Source: Hyphochytrium catenoides (lineage: Eukaryota; Protista; Hyphochytriomycota). Taken from it: a stretch of 52,423 bases of DNA. Position 1 is the stretch's first letter. The number at the start of each line of letters is the position of its first letter. A program made the position numbers and the translations under genes. The stretch spans positions 1-52,423 of the forward strand of contig FLMG01000613.1 of assembly GCA_900088475.1 (NCBI GenBank), written 5' to 3'. Positions 1-10,962 of this stretch are shown piece after piece. The notes beneath the pieces are model-generated. The model was not told where the DNA came from. It was given only the letters and a program-made list of their open reading frames with translations, and searched no databases.

Positions 1-500
1 AGAGAGAGAGAGAGAGAACTAGTAACAAAGACTTTTAACGCCTAGAATGTGGTGAATGGCCAGAAAGAGACAAGGAAGTGAGACTGTGAAGAAGAGTGAA
101 GAGAGACGCCGCCGAAGAGAAAGAGAAGAGAAGAGAGGCGGGAGGAAAGAGGAAAGGAGGCAGTGATTTGAAGCTAAAGGAGAGCAGTAAGTAACAAACA
201 GTCGCAGTCTCTCAGATAAGAGAATAGGACAGATTTGGAGACAGAGTCAGCAAAGAGAGAGGAACGGGGCTGGAGTCGGCACTGCGGTAGCTCCCCTAAC
301 CCTCTCTCTGTCTCCCTCTTTCTTTGGCTCTCTCTTACTGGCTCTCTCTTATGTTTCTCTCTCTTTTTCCTGTCTTCCTGTCCCTTCTTTCTCTCCCATC
401 CGTCTTTCTTCCGCCTGTCTCCTATGCGCTTATCTCTCTGGCCGTCTCTCCTATCTATTTCTCGCCATTCTCCATCGCCGTTTGTCTTGATCTACATCAG

Positions 501-680
501 GGCGCTGATATGTCTAAAGGATGAACTGCTAGCTGAGGCTCCAAGTCACCCGCCCGGCCGTCGGTCCTTCGGAAACTTCAATCCCGCCATTGAGGTGCGC
601 CTGGGTCGCTGTCTCCTCTCTGCAGTCCCTTTCCCCTCTTCTCTGGCTATCCCTTGCAGCTGCAGATTGCCTCTCTCCCC

Positions 681-743
<63 letters not shown>

Positions 744-1019
744 CCATTTCCACATCATTGTTTTAGTCTCTCTCTCCAACCCCAGCTTATCTTCGGTGCT
801 CTCTCTCCACACTGGTCTTCTTCTGTCAAATATCTCCTCTGCTCCACGTCGTATCAGCAGGCTTTGACTCCTGAGTCTCTCTTTCACCTTCCTGCTCAAA
901 CACGATCTCTTTCTCCCTCGTCTTCTTTCTCTGTATCTCTCTCCGTCTCTGTCTCCCTCCCTATCTCTTCTTCTCTCCCTCGTCTTGGCCTCTGCCCATC
1001 TTCCTTTACTACGTGTTGA
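501..1019 (+). CDS. Possible terminal exons of an unidentified gene entering from the left edge
   Basis: Pyrimidine tract and cag acceptor before ~501, an open non-repetitive segment (ALICLKDELLAEAPSHPPGRRSFGNFNPAIE), donor gtgcgc at ~595, a second acceptor near 860 and a stop at 1019. No recognisable domain. Confidence 0.25.
686..742. repeat. (CT)n microsatellite
   Basis: Near-perfect CT dinucleotide run read directly. Confidence 0.9.
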
Positions 1020-1890
1020 ACATTTGCTCTCCCGCCTGTCGCTGCCTTGGGCACTTATCTTCCGCCTCTCTACTGAGACAGCGGAGTTATGAGAAATTTG
1101 TCAGCGCTAACAAGTTCGCCACTTCTGAGGCGAAAGAGGCAGAGGAAGAAGTGAATGAAGAAGAGATGGTTCACAGGTAGGGGACTCTGTAGATGCGTAC
1201 GAAGCGGTCTTTCTCTCTCCCTCGTTCTCTCTCTCTTTCCTACCAACTGCAGACGACCTGATACGGGCTATCCTCTCATCTTCTTCTTCTTGCTCTTCTC
1301 TAGGATGACAAAGTACACTGGTCTTCCTGGACGGGGACGACAAGCAGGCTCTGGTGGAAAGAAAAGAGGAAAAGGAGAGAAGCATTCGCAAGGGCAGAAG
1401 GTATCGGGTGCCATATCTCGGAAGAAGAGAATAGCCCCATAGCGCTTACATCTTCCCTCTTTCTCTCCTTCTTTCTCCTCATCTCTTACGCTTGGGCAGG
1501 CAAATAAGAAGCAAAGGAATCGATGAGAGGCAGCGGCGATGGCGATAGTATGGACATCGCTTTACAATGCTATTAGCGTTCTGCTATAGTCCACATAATG
1601 ACAACAAGGGGCTCCAAGAGCAAGAGGATATTCTCTCTGCTCTCTTTGCGAGACTCTCTTTTCCTTTCCTTAGGAGCCAGCAGGGCGTGTTCTCTCTCTC
1701 CTAGAACTGCTAGAGCCTAGCCCTCGCTAATGTACAATAAAACAAGCCTTAGCTGATCAGCCGCCTTGCTTGGCCTCCCGATCCCCTCTCATATGCTACG
1801 TAATCTCTCCCTTTCTCTCACATTACTCTCTCACTCCCTCTTCCCTTCTCTTCTTTCTCTCTCTCTCTTCTCTATCTGACCTCCATCTTC

Positions 1891-4800
1891 TCATGCGGCG
1901 AACTGCTTGATTTCATGAACGCCAACGACGTCCTGGATCTGGTCGCAAACATCCTGAATGGCTCTCGGTGAGGCCTCAGGGCTCTCTAACATACATTCAT
2001 ACACTGCAATGCCATTCCGCATCCGAATGGACGACTGCAAGATTCGCACTTGCGAGTTCTTTCTGATTGCCTCCGTGATCTCAACCAACAAGTTGGGATC
2101 CTCTCGCCCTTCTACCCGCAAGATGACAGCTTTCCCTGTGGCCAAGGCGTCGCCAGCCTCTCTTCCTGCCTCCTTTGCTCCTGCGCCCTCCCGATCTGCG
2201 ATCAGCTGTAAGACTTGAAAGCGCTGGGGGTTTAGAGATGGAGAGAGGTGGAGATACTCGCATTGTGCGAGGACTTCTGTGGCAGATGGTCGGGCAGTTG
2301 GGGTCTTAGAGAGAAGCTGCTGAATGAGAGAGAAGACAATCGGATGCTCGTCTTTCACTTTTGCCGTCACAAAGTCGGGAAAGGATCCCAAGCGAGCTTG
2401 GCGAAGTACCTATATATATGGGAGCAGGAGGGCACAGGCTCAGCACCAAAGCTAATCAGGAAAAGGCGAGTAAGGGAATAGAAGCACGACCGCAGGTATT
2501 CAGAAGCAAGACGAAGAAGAAGCCAGATGAGGAGGAAGAGTGAGAGGAAAAAAGCAAAAGAGATGGACGACGCACGCCCTGCCATTGGCTAGGACTTCAA
2601 CATCTCGCGAAGATACCGGACGGAGCGTGGATGAAAGGCATCATGCACCAGACGTCCACACTCACCTGTATCCTCTCCATGGAGGTTGTGAAGCTGGGCA
2701 GCGAGAGCTCAAGGAGAATCATACCCAGCGAGTACATGTCCGTCTTAGAGTCATATGCTCTCTCCGCCATCTGCTCAGGAGACGCGTACAGAAGAGTCCC
2801 AACGCCTGCCGTGTTGTCTCCTTTCAGAAACATCCTCTTGCTATCTCTCTTACTCCCACCGGCTGCTCTAGAGGAAGAACTTGGAGAGAGAGAAGAGGGA
2901 AGATGGTCTACATGCCTAGAAAGGCCAAAGTCTCCAAGCTTAACGCTTCCTTCCTCTCCGTCCCCTGCCATGAAGACGTTAGCCGGCTTCAGATCTCTAT
3001 GAATCAACCCACAGTGGTGCACATGCTGCAGCGCCCGAGCGATTTGGACAAATATCCGTATGCCAGCCTTAATATTAGCGCCCTGCCGGTCCGGAGATGC
3101 CAAGTAGTCGGTCAATGTCTTTTCTGAGCAGAACTGCATCTGAATGTAGAGGAGAAGGTCGTAGACTGTCGGAGGACGTCGAGCTTCTCTCTTTCTCTCT
3201 CTCTTCTCTTCTTTCCTTGAAGCCTGTCCTGCATCTTGGCAACCAGCGCCAGAGAATGGCTGTGTGTTTGTCTGCTGAACCTCAGGAAGAGAGAGTGAAA
3301 AGCAATCCTCCCTTCCTTTGGACGATCTTCTTTCTCCCTCGTTCCCTTCTTCCTCTTCAAAGCAGTCTTCTTTTCCTTCCGCTTTGACTGACTCTTCACT
3401 AGCTTCCTCCCATTCAAAGCCAGTCTCTCCTAACGAAGGAGAGTCAAAAGTGTGCATCGCAGAGTCATCTTCCAATCCTTCCAGGTGCTTCGCGTCAGAC
3501 TTAAGAAACCACCCGTGGATGTCCTGAAGACTGCTGGGCCAGAAGCCTTTCCTTTTTCCTTTCTGTGCTCCTATCTCTCTATTTTGCTTCTCTTTTCCTT
3601 GCGAAATGGCGGAAGCAGAACGCGCGGCGGAAGGAGAGCGGCTTTCGTCCTCTTCTATTTCATCTTTTCCATCCACAGTGTAGAGATCTGCAGTCTCAGT
3701 TAACAAAGGGACAGAAGAATCAAGAGTGCTGCCGCCGCCTCTCCCTCTTGCTCCTCCGCCCACGCCGTCTTCGACGTTCTCTAACCAGGCCTGATAGTAC
3801 CGCACAATGTTGGGATGGTCGAGAAGGGCCAGAATCTTGACCTCTCTTAGAACCTACACGAGTCGAGAAGAAGAAAGGACAAGTAACATGTCAGTGAGGG
3901 TGACTTTGCATGCGAAGAGACTGTGAACCACCTAAGAGAAAGAGGGAACGCAAGGATAAGGGCCCCACCAAGTAGACAAAAGCCTTAAATACGAAGGTGT
4001 GAGAGCCACGAAAGTACTAGACGGCAGAAGAAGAAAATGTGTATGTGTGTGTGTGAGAGAGAGAGAGAGAGGAAGGATAAGAGAGTAAATGCTTCCGAGT
4101 ACCTTTTCCAGCTTAGGCTTCCAGTGCTCAGCGCTTGACAATCGCACCTTCTTGACCGCATACTGCCTACCATCAAGCCTGTTTCTAGCCAGAACTACGT
4201 GACCGAACCCTCCTTTTCCCAAAACAGAGAGCTCTTCAAACTCGTTCAGATATCTCAAAGAGCAGACAAAGGGAATTGCCGGGTCTGATGAGGATGAAGA
4301 AGGCGGCGGCGGAGACGCTCTTCTCTCCTTCTCTTTGCCACCTCCTGCTGAAGAGCCATGCTGTTGTTGAGAAGGAGGAGAAGAAGAAAGAGGCGCTGTA
4401 GCGCTCTCCAAACTCCTTAGACTGGGCGTAAGGCTTTTTCTTCTTTCCTTCTCATTAGAACTGAAAGCAGCACTCTGCCGACCCAACTTCTTAGACGATG
4501 GTCTCTCTCCTTTGTGTCTCCCTGGCGTCTTATCGCTTTCTGTGCTAGTCTTCGGACGTCTTTGAAGGCACTCCCTCGTCAGTTCATCATCAGTCCATGA
4601 TCCTGCCTTCTGGTTGTCTCTGGACTCATCGTCAAGTGAATAAGAGGAGGTCGAGGACATGGACTGTCCAGTACCCTCTTCACTGACCTCTGTCACCTCC
4701 GCAGGTAATGCGCTGCTCTCCATGCTAGAAACCAACGTTGTCGCTGTGTCAGCGACTGGAAGCTTTGGCGGAGATGACTCCTCCTTCCTTCTTCTTTCTT

Positions 4801-7242
4801 CGTCCAGCTTGGCTATGGCAGACTCATATATAGCAAAAACACTGGCGGGGAGGACAAAGTCACTGTCCAGAGAAGAGTCTTCTGACAGTGGAGCAAGGCC
4901 GTCGCTTCTGGACCCTGAACTTCTCCTTCTCTCCCTTCCTTTACCCCTTCTCTCCACACCGTCTTTCCTCTCTTCCAACTTAGCGTCCGTCCTGTCGGTT
5001 TCCTTGTTCTGCTCCAGGAGATCGCGAGACGAAGAAGAGGACGATGAAGATGAAGACACTCTTCTCTTTCTCGTTCCTCCTCCGACAGTCCAGCAACGAC
5101 GCTGCGGTGATGCCAGGCCCAATCCTCCTGCTCTTGTGCTTACTGGAGGCGGTCTCCTCGTGACGAAGGAAGGTTGACCTTTATCTCTCTTCTCGTCTGC
5201 AGGTCTTTCTCTGTCTTGTGGCTCAATGACTCTTTGTAGCGCTGATCGACTTCCGAAGCTCCCAAAGCTTAGAATTCCTCCCCCAGATATAGAGAGGCTT
5301 CTCTTCCGTCTTCTCTTCTTAAGATAGGAGACAGATGAGAGATTAGCGGATCTTGGACGAGGAGGTCGAGATGGTGGAAGCAAGTCAGAGAGCTCTCTCT
5401 CTTCAGAGCCACTTTCCTCTCCAGGCCGCTGGAGACCGTCAGAGAGAAGCTCGTCCACCGTATTCCTTCTAGACTTTGAGGGCCGCGAACGATCCGAAGA
5501 ATAGGGAGATTGGTATTCTAATTCTCCTTTCTCTCTCAGAAGAAGAGAGAGAAGATCATCCCCTGGCTTCTTCTCTCCCAAGCGCTCCTTTTCCTTGAGA
5601 AGAGAGAAAAGATCAAGATCTCTGTCTCCTTCTATTACTGACTTCCGAGGAAGAAGAGGCGGTGGAAGGAAAGGAGAAGCAGCATAAAACTGGCCCCTAC
5701 TGTCACTCCAGCTGTTCCTTCTCTTCAACCTAGCGTTACTCGGTCTGGACGATGAGGTAAACAAGAGCCCAGAGGGGATGGGAGAGGCTCGAACCTCGTC
5801 CTGAGAGGATAACTCAAACCCTTCTAAGGGAGGGATAGAGGAGAAAGAGCCTCCCGTGGCTCCTCCCTGAGGAGTGCAAGGATCACACTCGGAGAGAGAA
5901 GGGGAAACTGCGCCTGTGCTTGTCAGCGAGCTCGTAGAGTTTGTCCCGGGAGAGCATGCAAGTGTCTTAAGTGCCTCCGTATCTCCTCCCAAGGGCACAC
6001 TTGTGAGCTTCTCTTCTGGTCTCCAAGTTTCTCTCACTTTACCGCCTAAGTGCTTGAAGTACTTAAAAGTCATAGACGAGACAACGCCACCTACGACAGT
6101 AGTTACGTTATTAGCACGAGGAGTCAGCTTATATATGCATAGATGCTCTGTCTCTTCACCCCTTGTGCTTAGAGGAAGAAACGCCATAGACAGATCGTTC
6201 CCAGAGTGGTCATTCGAGCGGCAAGGGAGCGCCGCCGAAAAGGAGAAGCAAAAAAGCAGCAAGTAAGAACAGAAGATACAAGAGGGGCCAAGAGAACGGC
6301 GAACTAGGAGAGAGAGAGAGAGGGGGAGAGAGAGAGAGAGAAAGAGAGAGAAGGAGAGAGAGAGAGAAAGAGAGAGGAAAAGAGAGAGAAAGAGAGAGGG
6401 AAAGAGGAAGAGAGAGAACAGCGTCGGAAGTATTGCAGAAGTCCTAGTCCACCTCACCTGCCACGACCAGGACTAGCATTGCTATGAGTACCACCCTCCA
6501 GGCCACAAAGACTCCCTCAATGTAAATCCCACCAGACTCCAGGCCGTTCTGCATGGCCAAGACCGCAATGGCTGACAGATTGCTTGCAAAGAAAACACGC
6601 GCAGCATCATCCCCTTTACTCTCTCCAGTCAATCCGCTTAACCAAATCCTCTCTCCTTCAGCATCTCTTCCTTCTCGCGTTCCAGTGACTTCTCTAAAAG
6701 GCGGTAAAACCTTGCCATTGTCACCATCAGAAAGGAAGAGCGTGTCCGGATCCTTGCCTTTCTCGTCAATATCCATCTTTTGTCCTTGTTCTAAGCGGAT
6801 GACGAGGTCTTCAGAAGGCTTTGTCGATGCATCTCTGTTCGTCACTCCGTTCACTATCCCTTTTGAGGGCCCCTGCTCGCCTTCTAGAGGACTTCCCATG
6901 GAGGAGAAGTGGTAGAGGGAGGAGGCATGGTCCTCGCCTTGAGAAGCAATGCCAAATACCGATAAGAGAGGCGAAGGAAGCTCAACCTCCCAAAGCTTCG
7001 TGGAGGTTATGGCGTCTCTTGCGATAAGAAGCCTATCGTTGTCTTCACGTCCTCTTTCAAGGATAGGGAAATGCATTGGACAAAGGCTGTCGCTGGAGGC
7101 GCAAGTAGGTTTTCTGGCCCTCACACCATTCGCAGCGTCATTCTGCACAGCAAGGAACAAAAGAGACCGTCGCAGGAGGTAAGAGGAGAAATAGCGGCTT
7201 CGACACTTGCCCTCTTTAATTAAGGCCATCCCATGTGTCTCA

Positions 7243-7288
<46 letters not shown>

Positions 7289-9136
7289 CTGTCTCTCTCT
7301 CTGTCTGTCTCTCTGTGTGTCTCTCTCTCTCTCCTCTTTCCTTTTCTCTGTGAAGCATATCTCAGGCCTTCTCACGGTCTCAGCTACGCTAGACGTACTG
7401 CCTGCCTCTTGGCCTTACCTCCATATCGTCGGGTAGAGGCTCTCCTGGAAGCTTATGCAGTACATACTCGCCCACGTTAGAGGTCCATAGCTCGCCTCCC
7501 TCAAGCGCATCTAATGCTTGCACGACGTAGTCTGTCCGGCCTATAAGAAGTTTGGAAGACGACTCTCTCTTCATCTTCTCTCTTCCTCTCTTGCCTCTCT
7601 TTTCAGCTCGTTCTCTCCTGCCTTCCGGGGTTGCGACCTGGAAGTGGTCACCTGTCTGCATATCTAACGCAACAATCTTCATGTCCTTCTTCCCCAGAAG
7701 AATCGTGTCAGCAAGACCAGTCTCCGTCGCAGACAGCGGAGTCCCTCGGTTGACTAAGTCTCTGATTGAGATCCCCAGCTTAAGAGCTTTGGGTTCGCCA
7801 CTCCTGGACAGCCAAAGACGTCGGACAAAGAGTCACAAAGCAAACTCGGGAAAGAGAGCAAAGGCCTCACCCATAGCCTGACGTGGCAAACTTACTAAAA
7901 AGCAGCAGAGGTTATAGAGACAAATGCACCTTCTAAGGAAGAGGCAAAAAGTTCAAAATGGGAGGAGCGAACAGACTGATAGAGTCGAAAAATCTGGCGG
8001 GGAAGTGTATCAAGGGAGCCTTTACCTCGTGTCGACGCTAAAGAGTGTCCCATCGAAGGCCGCAACCACTTGTGTCGCCCGTACCAGCATCTGCTAAATA
8101 ATATAGATCAGTAACCCAATAGGAAGAGCGGTAAGGACTTGAGACAGCAGCGAGAGCGGGGGAGGGAGCGGAGCAATCAAAGCTCCTTTACCCTACCTGC
8201 CGGCCCGGCACTAGCTCCTTGGTTGGACGGTTAAAGCCGTCGGGCGTGATATCAACAGTCATCCTAGCGTCCTCTTTTCCCCTTTCTTCTTCTAACTCAC
8301 TTTCTTTCTGTCGGTCAAGAGATAACATGTAAGAGGTAAAGCGCAAAGGACAAAATGACAACAGGCCCAATCAAAGATAACAGACAAGGCCCGTAGAAAG
8401 GCGGCAAGGACAATCCCGCGGAGAAAAGATCACGGGCGAAGAAGGCAAGCGCTTATGGGAACGCGTGACTGTGTATAAAGTGATACAGCTCAAGCGACCA
8501 AAACTGACCGGCACCTGCTCCGTCGACTGGTACAACGAGGTCCACAGCATGGCTCCACCCGTGTCAAAGCTCCACTTAATGCGTCCTGAGTAGATGTGGG
8601 CCCGGAGAGATGATAGAGAAAGGCAAGAGATTGTTAGAGATGGTGAAGGAGGTAGCGCTATCAGGCTGCAGCTGAGGGCACGTGCCAGAGATGAGCTGTC
8701 AGCCCTTTAGAGGGTAGCTCAACATGTCGGAAGGACGGGAGATCTAACATCGGGAGCGTGGAAAGGAGAGACTTATAGAATAGATAAACGCACACAAGGA
8801 AAGCTTGCTTTTGATGCATTAACAGTGAGAAACGCAAGGGCCGAATAAGCGGGAAGAGGACTAAAGAAGCAGCAGGATAGGTTAACTCCTTATTGCTGCG
8901 TGAGAAGGCACAGATAGACGGACCTGTCCACGCGTCAAAAGCATAGAGAATGCCTTCTAATGTTCCCGCGATAACCACATCAGGCTCACGCTGCTGCAAT
9001 GCTAGGGATCGGGATGACTCCACTATAACAGCGACGATAGGGAAAAACAGGAGCGGATGACAACGAGAGACTGGTCAAGGACAGAAGACCCAGAAGACCT
9101 ACTGCCAAGGAATGAGGGAGACAGGGATGGAGAATG

Positions 9137-9167
<31 letters not shown>

Positions 9168-9370
9168 TAGAGGGAGAGATAGAGATAGAGAGAGAGAGAA
9201 TACAGGGTTGAATAAGGCAGGTATACAGCTCACTTACCATAGTCGCTTGACTGACCGAAGTGAGACTCTTCTCTCACGTCTTCAGCGTCAATGCCGGGCA
9301 AATAGGAAAGAGAGAAGAGGCAAAAAAGAAGAGAGAGAGTATGTAGGAGCTTCCCTCTTATCGTCATCAT
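1891..9370 (-). CDS. PERK-like type I transmembrane eIF2-alpha kinase with C-terminal ACT-like domain (10 exons)
   Basis: Hand-spliced exons with GT-AG junctions and consistent phases: 9370-9238, 9022-8924, 8585-8515, 8307-8197, ~8093-8026, 7803-7419, 7142-6458, 6090-4103, 3853-2666, 2409-1891. Signal peptide [32 protein letters not shown]1/PERK-like luminal motifs: [63 protein letters not shown]: [27 protein letters not shown]. Kinase motifs intact: [50 protein letters not shown], long insert, [39 protein letters not shown]. Confidence 0.9.
6308..6417. repeat. Imperfect (GA)n microsatellite inside a kinase intron
   Basis: Direct reading; lies in intron 6457-6091. Confidence 0.85.
7245..7332. 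repeat. (CT)n microsatellite inside a kinase intron
   Basis: Direct reading; lies in intron 7418-7143. Confidence 0.85.
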
Positions 9371-9826
9371 CACTCCGTCCATAGTTTCTCTGTCTTCCTA
9401 AGTTTCCTATCACTCTNNNNNNNNNNNNNNNNNNNNNNNNNNNNNNNNNNNNNNNNNNNNNNNNNNNNNNNNNNNNNNNNNNNNNNNNNNNNNNNNNNNN
9501 NNNNNNNNNNNNNNNNNNNNNNNNNNNNNNNNNNNNNNNNNNNNNNNNNNNNNNNNNNNNNNNNNNNNNNNNNNNNNNNNNNNNNNNNNNNNNNNNNNNN
9601 NNNNNNNNNNNNNNNNNNNNNNNNNNNNNNNNNNNNNNNNNNNNNNNNNNNNNNNNNNNNNNNNNNNNNNNNNNNNNNNNNNNNNNNNNNNNNNNNNNNA
9701 ATGCAGGGCAAATATGAAAGAGAGAAGAGGCAAAGAAGAAGAGAGAGAGTATGAAGGAGGTTCCCTCTTCTCGTCATCATCGCTCCGTTCATGTTTCTCT
9801 GTCTTTCCTAAGTTTCCTATCACTCT
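9290..9826. repeat. Diverged ~127-bp direct duplication (9290-9416 and 9700-9826) flanking the N-gap at 9417-9699
   Basis: Both copies run aatgc.gggcaaata.gaaagagagaagaggcaaa ... agtttcctatcactct with scattered substitutions. Both encode the kinase signal peptide on the minus strand. Confidence 0.85.
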
Positions 9827-10922
9827 CTTGTCAATCGCCTACATCAGAGTCCAGCAAATATCCTTTCTCCCAGTTCCGTGGCAAGCAAATGCACGCACCA
9901 GAGAGACTTTAAGCGGATGAGAGAAAGGGGAAGAGAGGAAGGAAAGAAGAAGAGAAAATGTTGCTCGACGGAGACGAGTTGGTCACATAGTCCTAGCTCG
10001 TTGGTCGCGTGGCTCTCGTCCCACCAGGAGTGTGGCCCCAACCAAAGGAACCCGGCTGCGAGAGGAAGTAGAAGAGAGAAAGACAGGATCCTCTTCTTGG
10101 AAGAAGAGACACCAGGCGCCAAGGCCTCAGAGAAAAGAGGCCGCCGGACACGACTTCTCTCTGTAAATAGTTTCACAGCGCCATCGTGCAACAGTGATCT
10201 GTGCAGGGAGGAGACAAGAAGATAGGAACGGATGAGAGCAAGAGAGAAAAACGTTCGGAGACGTTAAAGAGGACTCATAGACAGAGACAGGAGGGACAGC
10301 CCAAAGCCGTGACAGAGGCCGTCCAGGAGGGGAATCACCTGCAGCAGCAGCAGCAGCACGAGAGTGGAAGAGAGAAAGCTCAAGGATGGAAGCTCATGCA
10401 GGGCAAAGGGAGAGAGAGAGAGAGAGAGAAGAGAGAGAGAGAAGAGAGAGATCCAAGGTCTTCTCTCTCTTCTTGAGTCTCTCGCAGAGTCGAGTCTCCG
10501 TCTTTCCCTCTTTCTTACACGTATCAGCTTGCAATGCCGTCTCTTTTACCCCTTCTCCTGTCTCTTTCTCTGTCTCCTCTGTAACTTTTTTTTCTTGGAT
10601 GTGTCTTGCGCTCTTTCTCTCCCTCCTCTGTCTGTCACCCTATATCCCAATTACGCCTCGCTCTGGTTTTCTCTATCCTTCTCTCTGTCTCGCGGTTAGG
10701 TACCTTCTATCTCTTCTCACTCTTGCTCCCTCTCTGTTTCTCTCTCTTGTCTTTCCACTTTCCACCTCGACTAAAACTCTCGTTCGGCTCTGTGTCGCAC
10801 TTCTTCGTTCTCTGTCTGTAAGTATTCCTCCTCTCTATGTCTCTCTTTGTCAGTAGCCTCTTACTTTCTCTCTCTCNNNNNNNNNNNNNNNNNNNNNNNN
10901 NNNNNNNNNNNNNNNNNNNNNN

Positions 10923-10962
<40 letters not shown>

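Noticed and set aside
235-1482. Overlapping ORFs rich in SLSL or ERER
   Set aside because: Translations of (CT/GA)n microsatellites and purine/pyrimidine tracts; no domain content.
6091-6457. Hydrophobic N-terminus of the 841-aa ORF, resembling a signal peptide
   Set aside because: It is a TC-repeat intron (donor at 6457, best acceptor at 6091). The true signal peptide is in the exon starting at 9370.
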